This document shows, piece by piece, positions 16,592-24,662 of a stretch of DNA of 32,000 nt. The position numbers were made by a program, and so were the translations under genes. Below the pieces are notes generated by a model. It searched no databases and was not told the origin of the DNA. It saw nothing but the letters and a program-made list of their open reading frames with translations. How positions within the stretch are numbered: position 1 is the stretch's first letter; the number at the start of each line of letters is the position of its first letter. Location of the stretch: NCBI RefSeq assembly GCF_001017655.1, contig NZ_CP010904.1, positions 930,001 through 962,000 of the forward strand. The letters are read 5' to 3'. This DNA is from Kiritimatiella glycovorans (GTDB taxonomy: Bacteria > Verrucomicrobiota > Kiritimatiellia > Kiritimatiellales > Kiritimatiellaceae).

Positions 16592-17492
16592 CCCCGAACT
16601 GATTATTGTGGGCTCGGTCGGAATCGATACGATCGAAACCCCCGCGGAGAAACGCGAAAATGTGCTGGGAGGATCGGCCACGTACGCCTGCGCCGCATCC
16701 TCTTTTTTTGCGCCGACCGGTATGGTGGGCGTGGTGGGGACGGATTTCCCCGAAAAACATCGCGAACAGTGGCGCGGCATGGGCATCGACCTGGACGGTC
16801 TGCAGACGGCGGAGGGAGAAACGTTCCGCTGGTCGGGCGTCTACGCCGAAAACATGGACGACCGCGAGACGCTGGAAACGCATCTGAACGTATTCGCCGA
16901 CTTTGCGCCCGACCTGCCGGAACGGTACCGGCGCGCACCGTACGTCTTTCTCGGCAATATCTCGCCGCAGCTCCAGAAGAGCGTGCTCGATCAGGTCGAC
17001 CAGCCGAAGTTCGTGCTGCTCGATACCATGGATCTGTGGATCAATATCGCCCGCGACGAACTGGAAGAGGTCGTCGGCGGCGTTCATATGCTCACGCTCA
17101 ACGAATCCGAGGCGCGGCTCTGGACCGATGAGCATTCGCTGCTGCGCGCGGCCCGGCGGCTGCTGCAGATGGGCCCGCAGTACGTGCTGATCAAGCGCGG
17201 CGAGAGCGGCAGTCTGCTGGTCTACGGCGACGAGGTGTTCCTGCTGCACGCCTATCCCCTGGAGCAGTTCCGCGATCCCACCGGGGCGGGCGACAGCTTC
17301 GCCGGCGGGCTGATCGGCTCGCTCGCGGAATCGGGCGAGATCGGCCCGCTGAGTATACGCCGCGCGATGGCCTACGGCAGCGTGACGGCCTCGTTCGGGG
17401 TGGAGGAGTTCAGCCTGGAACGCCTCAGCGCACTCGGCCGGACGGAGATCGACGAGCGGTTCGCGCGATTCGAACGGATGTGCCGGTTCTGA
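16572..17492 (+). CDS. PfkB-family carbohydrate kinase
   Basis: Ribokinase-like N-terminus (IIVGSVGIDTI...GGSATYAC) and the C-terminal anion-hole motif DPTGAGDSFAGG. TTG start follows SD GAAAGGAG. Confidence 0.8.
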   Translation: MVHQGDNPELIIVGSVGIDTIETPAEKRENVLGGSATYACAASSFFAPTGMVGVVGTDFPEKHREQWRGMGIDLDGLQTAEGETFRWSGVYAENMDDRETLETHLNVFADFAPDLPERYRRAPYVFLGNISPQLQKSVLDQVDQPKFVLLDTMDLWINIARDELEEVVGGVHMLTLNESEARLWTDEHSLLRAARRLLQMGPQYVLIKRGESGSLLVYGDEVFLLHAYPLEQFRDPTGAGDSFAGGLIGSLAESGEIGPLSIRRAMAYGSVTASFGVEEFSLERLSALGRTEIDERFARFERMCRF

Positions 17493-17511
17493 TCCGCCGG
17501 CTGCGTAAACG

Positions 17512-17542
17512 GGAGACGGGCGCCCCCCGGCGGCCCGTCTCC
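17512..17542 (+). terminator. GC-rich hairpin after pfkB (10-bp stem, no U-tract)
   Basis: GGAGACGGGC-(11 nt)-GCCCGTCTCC, starting 20 nt after the stop codon. A second palindrome, CCGCCCggGGGCGG, follows. There is no T-run, so terminator function is uncertain. Confidence 0.3.
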
Positions 17543-17590
17543 GGTCTCCCGCCCGGGGGCGGGGTCAGCGAAAGGAAAGGGCGTACAGTC

Positions 17591-19675
17591 ATGAAGCGCC
17601 GGATGTGTGCCGCGTTCATTCTGATGTGGGTGTCGACGGGGTGGTGTGCGGCCGCCGCCGCGCAGGACGCCGACGGGGAAGGGCGGGAGAAACTCCCGAT
17701 CGATATCGAAGCCGCCCGGCTCGAGTACGTGAAAGAACAGCTCATCGGCAGCGGCGATGTCGTGATCCGGCATGACGCCATGACGCTGAAGGCGGATTAC
17801 GCGTCGTTCCACCCGGAAACGGGGGTGGTTTACGCCCGTGGAAACGTGGAGTTCACGCGCGGCGATCTCCTCTGGCAGGGCGAGGAGATTCGCTACAACC
17901 TGAAGGAGAAAACGGGCGATTTCGGCCGTTTCTCGATGGAGGCGGGAAAGTATCACATCACCGCCGGCGGCTCGGAACGCGTCTCCGAACGGGAACTGCT
18001 GCTGCGCGATGTGATGTTCACGCCCTGCGAAGGGACGCCGCCCACGATCTCCGTCCACGCGCGTGAGGCGAGACTGATCGACCGCCACCTCATCAAGGTC
18101 CGTCACGGAACCTTCCGGGTGCGCAACATGCCCGTGATGTACCTGCCTTACCTTAAGCGCGACCTGGAAGGCGGCGTCTATAACTTCTCCGCCGGGGAGA
18201 GCGGCGACTGGGGGCCCTACGCGCTGAACACCTTCACCTACAACCCGCACAGCAACGTGGTCGCGAAGACCCACGCCGACGCCTACGCGCGGCGCGGCCT
18301 CGGCTTCGGCCAGGACCTGCGCTGGGGGCGGGAACGGGGTGAGGGGAATCTGAGCCTGTACTACATCAATGACTCCGAGCCGCAGGACGACGACCACGCC
18401 ACCGAGGAATATCTCAACGAATCGAAGCGCTACCGGATCCACCTGCGCCACCTGGAGCGGCTCTCGGATTACGAATACGCGGCGGCGCGCCTCGATTACT
18501 GGAGCGATCCGGATGTGGTCGATGATTTCTTCGACGACGAGTTCCGGTCGCATTCCCGCCCCGAGAATTATCTCGCGTACTCCTGGTCCGGCCGCGCCCA
18601 TACGCTGGGCGCGCGGGTCGATGCGCAGCTCAACGATTTTGAGGACCGCGTGGAACGGCTCCCGGAGATCGCCCTCGATCTCTACCGCCGCCCGGTGACC
18701 GATCTCCCGCTCGTGTACCGCTCGGAAACCGAGGGGGCCTACCTCGCCCGGCGCTACCCGGGCGGGCTGCGGACGCCGGTTCCGGACGACTACCACTCGT
18801 GGCGGCTCGACAGCGCCCACTTCCTGGAGTCGCCGCAGAAACTGTACGGCTTTCTCAACGTCATTCCCCGCGCGGGCTACCGGGCGACCGTGTACTCGGA
18901 TACGGCGGGAGGCGACGGCGATATCCGCCACCTCGGCGAGCTGGGTGTGCTGAGTTCGTTCAAGGCCTACAAGGTGCTCTCGGAGCGTGAGCGGTTCTAC
19001 GGCGACGGGCTGCGCCATCTCGCCGAGCCGTATGCGGACTACGTCTGGCGCCCCACGCCGAACCTGCGCCCGGGCGACCTGGACCTCCCGCAGGACGCCG
19101 ATATCTACGAGTTCGACCACATCGACGAACTCGATGAGGCGCACGACCTGCGATTCGGGATCCGCAACAAGCTGCAGACACGGCGCAACGGGCGGGTCGA
19201 GGACGTGCTGGATGTGGATTTCGGCACGGTGTACCGCATCGAACCGGAGACGGGCGAAGAGGACTACGACACCCTGTTTTTCCACGCCGAGTTCGACCCC
19301 GTGGAACGCATCCACCTCGAATCGGACTTCGAATACGATTGGTACACGCACGAATACTCGCCCTTTAATGCGCGCGCCGAATTGATGACCACCGACGACA
19401 GCCGGCTGGATATGGAATACCGCTACCGCGAGAACGAGCACGACCTGTTCGAGGCGGAACTCAATCTGTTCCCGAACGAGACGTGGTCGCTGGGACTGGT
19501 CACACGCTACGACCGCGACGAAGAGGAGTGGGACGAGAACGGGATCACGGTTCGCCGCCGGTTCGACTGCGTCGGACTGGGCATGGGATACCGCAGGAGC
19601 CAGCACGATCACCAGATCTTCGCCTACTTCTGGGTGCTCGAATTCGGCGATACCTCGCCGCGGCTGGGGATTTAG
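17591..19675 (+). CDS. lptD: LPS-assembly outer-membrane protein LptD (OstA family)
   Basis: Signal peptide (MKRRMCAAFILMWVSTGWCAAAAAQ), an OstA-like N-domain (LKADYASFHPETGVVYARGNVEF), the segment FTPCEG...ARLID...RNMPVMYLPYL, and a long aromatic/Asp-rich beta-barrel region. Confidence 0.8.
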   Translation: MKRRMCAAFILMWVSTGWCAAAAAQDADGEGREKLPIDIEAARLEYVKEQLIGSGDVVIRHDAMTLKADYASFHPETGVVYARGNVEFTRGDLLWQGEEIRYNLKEKTGDFGRFSMEAGKYHITAGGSERVSERELLLRDVMFTPCEGTPPTISVHAREARLIDRHLIKVRHGTFRVRNMPVMYLPYLKRDLEGGVYNFSAGESGDWGPYALNTFTYNPHSNVVAKTHADAYARRGLGFGQDLRWGRERGEGNLSLYYINDSEPQDDDHATEEYLNESKRYRIHLRHLERLSDYEYAAARLDYWSDPDVVDDFFDDEFRSHSRPENYLAYSWSGRAHTLGARVDAQLNDFEDRVERLPEIALDLYRRPVTDLPLVYRSETEGAYLARRYPGGLRTPVPDDYHSWRLDSAHFLESPQKLYGFLNVIPRAGYRATVYSDTAGGDGDIRHLGELGVLSSFKAYKVLSERERFYGDGLRHLAEPYADYVWRPTPNLRPGDLDLPQDADIYEFDHIDELDEAHDLRFGIRNKLQTRRNGRVEDVLDVDFGTVYRIEPETGEEDYDTLFFHAEFDPVERIHLESDFEYDWYTHEYSPFNARAELMTTDDSRLDMEYRYRENEHDLFEAELNLFPNETWSLGLVTRYDRDEEEWDENGITVRRRFDCVGLGMGYRRSQHDHQIFAYFWVLEFGDTSPRLGI

Positions 19676-19808
19676 CGCGGGGAGTGGGAGAGTAAGAGGG
19701 AGTGGGAAACCTGAGACTTGAGACCTGAGTAAGATGCTGTCTGGATCGAACCACACCTGACTTCAACACTGCCCGAAAACGCACTCGATCCCCGGGCCGT
19801 CCGCAAAT

Positions 19809-19967
19809 GCGTGAGGGTAGGGATTCTGCTGGACAGCAGAAGGCCGTCCGCCGTATTCGTACTCTTACTCGTACGCGTACTCGAAGCGCCGAAGGCGCGA
19901 TCCCATTCCCCCGGTTCAAGGAATTCGAGTACGAGTACCGCTTCGCTGAGTACGAGTACGCGTACGT
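19809..19967 (+). repeat. Dispersed structured intergenic repeat, copy 3 (full length)
   Basis: G-rich box GAGGGTAGGGATT, hairpin CTGCT-ggac-AGCAG (19827-19840), GTAC-rich arms, core hairpin GCGCC-gaa-GGCGC (19886-19898), a C-rich loop and a complementary right arm. Confidence 0.65.
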
Positions 19968-20077
19968 TGTGACGCGAGCGGATTTCTAATCCAGCCGCTA
20001 CGATTTCAGTGGTTCCACAAAAATCCACAAAGAACCCGAAGATCGCGCCCTACCCAAGAGAGGCAAGCCGAGCCCGT

Positions 20078-20218
20078 GCGTGAAGGTAGGGATTCTGCTG
20101 GACAGCAGAAGGCCGTCCACCGTTTTCGTACTCCTACTCGTACGCGTACTCGAAGCGCCGAAGGCGCGATCCCATTCCCCCGATTTCCCCGATTCAAAAA
20201 ACTCGAGCACGAGTACGA
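20078..20218 (+). repeat. Dispersed structured intergenic repeat, copy 4 (full length, 269 bp downstream of copy 3)
   Basis: The first roughly 100 nt differ from copy 3 at only 4 positions. The right arm has diverged (CTCGAGCACGAGTACG). Confidence 0.65.
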
Positions 20219-20254
20219 TGTATTCACGCGAAGTGCGCTCGAGCGTGTCCATCG

Positions 20255-21958
20255 TTACCGGCGTTCTTCCCGCCGCACCTCAAAGATCACCCGCAGCGCC
20301 TCGACGATCATCCAGGCCTCGAGTGCCATGGTGATGATGCTGATCGCGAACAGCAGGTAGTTCGCGTCGCCGAGAAATCGCTGCAGGTTGATCCCCATCG
20401 ACCAGCCCGTCATGACCAGCATGAAGATCATCGGCACCGCCGTGAGCCAGATGGTCCGCCGCTCGCGCGCGAGATAGACGGTCATGACGAGCAGGGCCAG
20501 CCCCGCCAGCAGCTGGTTCATCGCCCCGAAGAGCGGCCAGAGAATCAGGGCCCCGGTGCCTCCGCCGCCGTTGGCGAAGGCCAGCAGCAGGGCGGTCCCC
20601 ACCGCGATGGCCGTGGCGGGATGCTTGCGGCTCAGGAAGGGCACCCGGCAGGTCTGCGCCATCTCGCCGACGATATAGCGCTGGATGCGCGTGGCGGTGT
20701 CCAGCGTGGTGGCGGCGAACGAGGCGACGAACACGCCCATCAGGGTAATGATCACGCTTCGCGGGATGCCCAGCGAGGCCACCATGTTCGACGCGCCGCT
20801 GATAAAGGCGTGCACCTTGGATCCCAGCCCCTGGGCCGCGGTCCAGCTCGCATAATGCTGCTGGAACGCGGCGGAGCCGGTCAGCCGTCCTCCCTCCATC
20901 TCCAGCCCGAGCCCGAGTCCGGCGCCGCAGGCGATCAGCACGAACACGGCGAGCAGCCCTTCCATGAGCATCCCGCCATAGGCGATCGGCAGGGCGCTGC
21001 TCTCGAGATCGCATTGCTTGGAGGAGGTTCCGGAGGAGACCAGCGAATGGAAGCCGGAGACCGCGCCGCAGGCCACGCTGATGAAAAGCATCGGGATCAG
21101 CGGCGGTGCGCCTGCAGGCGAGGCGTCGACGGCCGGGGCGACCAGTTCGGGGCGGCTGACCAGGATGCCGAGCAGGAGAAGACCCATGGCGATCATGAGC
21201 TGGAAGGCGTTGATGTAGTCGCGCGGCTGCAGCAGTACCTGAACGGGCAGGGTGGAGGCGAGGTAGGCGTAGGCCAGCAGGATCACCACCCAGGTCCCGG
21301 TCGTGCTCAGCCCGCCCGCCCCGGGAAGGTGCACGGGCAGGTAGGATCCGAGCACGATGGTCAGATACATGGCGGCGGTGGCGACGAGGCCGCAGACGAG
21401 ATGCGGTTGGCCTCGCCGGTAGACCACCCATCCGAGGGTCATCGCGATCGGGATCTGCAACCAGCAGGGCAGCACGGCTTCCGGAAACGTACTGAACACG
21501 GAGGCGATCACGACCCCGAAGATGGCCACCACGATCAGAAGCGTCAGGAAGATGATGACGAGGAAAAGTCCGCGGATCCGCGGCGTGATGACGTTCCCCG
21601 CCAGATCGCCGATCGACCGCCCCTGATTCTTCAGCGACAGGCACATCGCCCCGAAATCATGGACCGCGCCCATGAAGACGGAACCGATCAGGATCCAGAG
21701 CAGCGCGGGGAGCCAGCCCCAGATAATCGCGATCGCGGGTCCGACGATCGGCCCGGTCCCCGCGATCGACGTGAAATGGTGCCCGAACAGCACGGTCTTG
21801 TCCGTGGGCACGAAATCCACGCCGTCATACCGGCTCCGGCTCGGACACTCGTTCATGTCCGACAGACGGAAAATCCTTCGCGCGAGAAACTTCCCGTAGG
21901 TGTGATAGGCGATCAGGTAGAGGATCGCCGTCCCGAGCGCAATCAGTACCGAGGTCAT
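20255..21958 (-). CDS. cstA: Carbon starvation protein A (peptide/pyruvate transporter family)
   Basis: 567 aa and polytopic. N-terminus AYHTYGKFLARRIF, then VLFGHHFTSIAGTGPIVGPA. These are characteristic CstA motifs. Confidence 0.9.
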   Translation of the reverse strand: MTSVLIALGTAILYLIAYHTYGKFLARRIFRLSDMNECPSRSRYDGVDFVPTDKTVLFGHHFTSIAGTGPIVGPAIAIIWGWLPALLWILIGSVFMGAVHDFGAMCLSLKNQGRSIGDLAGNVITPRIRGLFLVIIFLTLLIVVAIFGVVIASVFSTFPEAVLPCWLQIPIAMTLGWVVYRRGQPHLVCGLVATAAMYLTIVLGSYLPVHLPGAGGLSTTGTWVVILLAYAYLASTLPVQVLLQPRDYINAFQLMIAMGLLLLGILVSRPELVAPAVDASPAGAPPLIPMLFISVACGAVSGFHSLVSSGTSSKQCDLESSALPIAYGGMLMEGLLAVFVLIACGAGLGLGLEMEGGRLTGSAAFQQHYASWTAAQGLGSKVHAFISGASNMVASLGIPRSVIITLMGVFVASFAATTLDTATRIQRYIVGEMAQTCRVPFLSRKHPATAIAVGTALLLAFANGGGGTGALILWPLFGAMNQLLAGLALLVMTVYLARERRTIWLTAVPMIFMLVMTGWSMGINLQRFLGDANYLLFAISIITMALEAWMIVEALRVIFEVRREERR

Positions 21959-22023
21959 GCATCACTCCTTGCCGGTTTGGCTGAACGCACCATTATGCAT
22001 CGGCGATCCGGGAAGACAATCCG

Positions 22024-22051
22024 CTTCCGGAAGTTTAAATTTCCGGGAAAT
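22024..22051. promoter_or_regulatory. Two adjacent TTCC-GGAA palindromes in the cstA / DUF89 divergent intergenic region (candidate operator)
   Basis: CTTCCGGAAG (22024-22033, perfect 10-bp palindrome) and ATTTCCgGGAAAT (22039-22051). The binding factor is unknown. Confidence 0.25.
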
Positions 22052-22126
22052 ATACAGTCCGTTATTGCGGCGGGCGCCGGGGTGCGTTCATAATGTGCGG
22101 TTTTTCAGCGCCGGGAGCCGTATACC

Positions 22127-23005
22127 ATGCAGACATATGTGGAATGCATACCCTGTTTCGCGCGCCAGTCGCTGGCGGCGGCGCGCGCCTTCGCGCCGGG
22201 CGATGAGGCGCGTCAGATCAGCCTGATGACCGATGCGCTGGGGTATCTCGCGCACTGTGATGTCCGGAGGTCGCCCCCGGCGATCGCACGCGACGTGTAC
22301 CGGATGCTGCGCGAAAAGACCGGGGTGCAGGACCCCTACGCGGAGGAAAAACATCGCTCCACCGAACAGGTGCTGGAACTCATCCCGGAACTGGAGGCTT
22401 CGTTCGACGAGGCGGCCGATCCGCTGGAACACGGCGTCCGACTCGCCATCGCGGGGAACATCATCGATTTCGGCGCCGGGGACTGGGCGAAGACGGGCGA
22501 TCTGCGCGCGGTGATCGCACATGCGCTGGAGACGAAAATATGCATGGAGAGTTTCGAGTACTTCAGGCAACGGTTGAGCGGCGCCGAGCGCATCCTGTAT
22601 CTGGGCGATAACTGCGGCGAGGTCGTGTTCGACCGGCTGCTGATCGAACGGCTCCCGCGGGGAAAGGTGACCTTCGCCGTGCGCGGCAGCCCGATTATCA
22701 ATGACGTGACCCGGCGCGAGGCCGTGGAGGCCGGGATCGACGCATGTGCGGACATCGTCGAAAACGGGTCCGACGCTCCCGGAACGATCCTGGAGGACTG
22801 CGCGCCCGGGTTCCGGCGGCGCTTCGAGGAGGCGGACCTGATCATTTCCAAGGGGCAGGGGAACTACGAAACCTTGAATGAAAACCGGAAAGAGATATTC
22901 TTTCTGCTCAAGGTGAAATGCCCGGTCGTCGCCCGGACGACCGGGCGCGAAGAGGGTACGGTACTGCTCTACCGCAAACCCGCCTCGAGCGGCAGAAAAG
23001 GATAA
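22127..23005 (+). CDS. DUF89 / ARMT1-like metal-dependent damage-control phosphatase family protein
   Basis: N-terminal ECIPCFARQ, then LGDNCGEVVFD and SKGQGNYETL, which are DUF89 signature segments. Confidence 0.8.
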   Translation: MQTYVECIPCFARQSLAAARAFAPGDEARQISLMTDALGYLAHCDVRRSPPAIARDVYRMLREKTGVQDPYAEEKHRSTEQVLELIPELEASFDEAADPLEHGVRLAIAGNIIDFGAGDWAKTGDLRAVIAHALETKICMESFEYFRQRLSGAERILYLGDNCGEVVFDRLLIERLPRGKVTFAVRGSPIINDVTRREAVEAGIDACADIVENGSDAPGTILEDCAPGFRRRFEEADLIISKGQGNYETLNENRKEIFFLLKVKCPVVARTTGREEGTVLLYRKPASSGRKG

Positions 23006-23009
23006 GCCG

Positions 23010-23360
23010 ATGCAGCGGATTATGATGAAATCCAAGCTCCACACCCCGACCATCACGGGGCTGGAACTTTACTACGAAGGCAGCATCACGCTCGATCCCG
23101 AGCTGATGGAGGCCGCCGACATGCTGGCCGGCGAGCAGGTGCAGGTCGTCAATCTCAATAACGGCGAACGGCTGTTCACCTATATCATCGAGGGCGAGCG
23201 CGGGACCGGCCAGGTGGAACTCAACGGTCCCGCCGCACGCAAAGGCGCCGTGGGCGACCGGATCATCATCATCTCCTACGCCCACGTCAACGAGGAGGAC
23301 GCCCGCGGCTTTGAGCCCGTAATTGTGCATGTGGGAGAGGGGAATCGTACCAGCCCGTAG
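23010..23360 (+). CDS. panD: Aspartate 1-decarboxylase (pyruvoyl-dependent)
   Basis: MMKSKLH..TIT, the self-processing site YEGSITLD, and the later NGERLFTY and NGPAAR. Confidence 0.92.
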   Translation: MQRIMMKSKLHTPTITGLELYYEGSITLDPELMEAADMLAGEQVQVVNLNNGERLFTYIIEGERGTGQVELNGPAARKGAVGDRIIIISYAHVNEEDARGFEPVIVHVGEGNRTSP

Positions 23361-23450
23361 ATCTGATGCGGGGGGATGTGTTTCGATCCCGATTGCGGTC
23401 CCGATAGCGATTATCGGTACGTCTTATTCAGGTCTTCCGCTCAGATAGCC

Positions 23451-24602
23451 TCATCCGCAGATCGCGAGGAGCACCCCGGCGGCGACGGCGGAACCGATCA
23501 CGCCCGCCACGTTCGGACCCATCGCGTGCATCAGCAGGAAGTTGTGCGGATTCTTCTCCAGCCCGACCCTGTTGACCACGCGCGCGGCCATCGGGACGGC
23601 CGAGACGCCCGCCGCGCCGATCAGCGGATTGATCTTTTCGCGCGAGAGCCGGTTCATAAGCCGGGCGAGCAGTACGCCCGTCGCCGTGCCGATCGAGAAG
23701 GCCACCAGGCCGAGAATGAGGATGCCCAGCGTCTCGAAGGTCAGAAACTGGTCCGCCGCGAGTTTCGATCCGACGGTCAGGCCGAGCAGGATCGTGACGA
23801 TGTTGATCAGTTCGTTCTGGGCCGCCTTCGAGAGCCGGTCCGTCACGCCGCATTCCTTGACGAGATTGCCGAACATGAGCGCGCCGATCAGCGGCGTCGC
23901 GTCCGGGATGAGCAGAAGACAGATGCCCAGGACCATCAGCGGAAACACGATCTTCTCGGTCTTCGAGACGTGACGCAGCTGCTTCATCTCGATGCGCATC
24001 TCGTCCTCGGAAGCCAGCGCCTTCATGATCGGGGGCTGGATGATCGGCACCAGCGCCATGTACGAATAGGCGGCCACCGCGATCGACCCCATCAGGTCGG
24101 GGGCGAGCTTGCTGGAGAGGAAGATGGCCGTCGGTCCGTCCGCGCCGCCGATGATCCCGATCGCCGCGGCGTCCTGAAGACTGAAATCAATCACCGGCAG
24201 CAGGTCCGAGATCCACAGCGCGCCGATCAGCGTCGTGAAGATGCCGAACTGCGCCGCGGCCCCCAGCAGGGCGGTCTTCGGATTGGCCAGCAGCGGGCCG
24301 AAATCGGTCATCGCCCCCACGCCCATGAAGATCAGCAGCGGGAACACGCCGGTAGCCACGCCGAATTCGTAGATGTGGTAGAGGAAGCCTCCCGGCTCCG
24401 CGATGCCGGCCACGGGGATGTTCGCCAGGATCCCGCCGAACCCGATCGGGAGCAGGAGCAGCGGTTCGAATTTCTTCCGGACGGCCAGCCAGATCAGGAG
24501 GAGGCCGACGAGGATCATGATCGCCCGGCCGAGGCCGCCGTCGAGGAAGCCGTAGAGTCCGGTCGAGTGCCAGAGTTCGTTGAATGAAGATGCCCAGTCC
24601 AT
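23451..24602 (-). CDS. oadB: Na+-translocating biotin-dependent decarboxylase, beta subunit (OadB/MmdB/GcdB family)
   Basis: 383 aa and polytopic. Motifs [32 protein letters not shown] and [20 protein letters not shown] are typical of the beta subunit. Confidence 0.9.
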   Translation of the reverse strand: MDWASSFNELWHSTGLYGFLDGGLGRAIMILVGLLLIWLAVRKKFEPLLLLPIGFGGILANIPVAGIAEPGGFLYHIYEFGVATGVFPLLIFMGVGAMTDFGPLLANPKTALLGAAAQFGIFTTLIGALWISDLLPVIDFSLQDAAAIGIIGGADGPTAIFLSSKLAPDLMGSIAVAAYSYMALVPIIQPPIMKALASEDEMRIEMKQLRHVSKTEKIVFPLMVLGICLLLIPDATPLIGALMFGNLVKECGVTDRLSKAAQNELINIVTILLGLTVGSKLAADQFLTFETLGILILGLVAFSIGTATGVLLARLMNRLSREKINPLIGAAGVSAVPMAARVVNRVGLEKNPHNFLLMHAMGPNVAGVIGSAVAAGVLLAICG

Positions 24603-24662
24603 GATGACTCCTGCCCGTGTGCTTTAAGTATCCGTCGTCCTCCGGGGGTTCAGCGCCGCGGG

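Noticed and set aside
17372-19756. 794-aa ORF on the minus strand, the longest in the window
   Set aside because: It is antisense to lptD across its whole length. Its composition is low-complexity and Arg/Val/Pro-rich, and it runs through the lptD signal peptide and the upstream hairpins. It has no SD or plausible start context.
19800-20230. Possible CRISPR array, because of repeated units between lptD and cstA
   Set aside because: There are only two units of about 140-160 nt with a 269-bp period. There are no 25-40-nt repeats alternating with unique spacers, no cas genes, and related copies occur singly elsewhere in the window.
19545-20252. Small ORFs with shared peptides (GIAPSALRVRVRV, TAFCCPAESLPSR, RSAEGAIPFPRF) as a possible small-protein gene family; likewise 11730-12011 and 12940-13152
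   Set aside because: The peptide similarity follows from nucleotide identity of the dispersed repeat. The ORFs occur in different frames and strands at different copies and lack SD sequences. The conservation pattern, stems with compensatory changes, fits structure rather than coding.
20280-22093. 454-aa (minus strand, alternate frame) and 490-aa (plus strand) ORFs overlapping cstA
   Set aside because: The 20255-21958 frame gives a clean polytopic CstA with signature motifs. The other two frames give Arg/Gly/Asp/His-rich, non-membrane nonsense.
23361-23450. Hairpin CCGATA-gcgat-TATCGG (23401-23417) between convergent panD and oadB as a terminator
   Set aside because: The stem is only 6 bp with modest GC content, and only a weak T-rich stretch follows. 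It is plausible but not supportable from sequence alone.
23376-24587. 403-aa plus-strand ORF
   Set aside because: It is antisense to oadB. The product is extremely Arg/Asp/Glu/Gln-rich with no domain signature.
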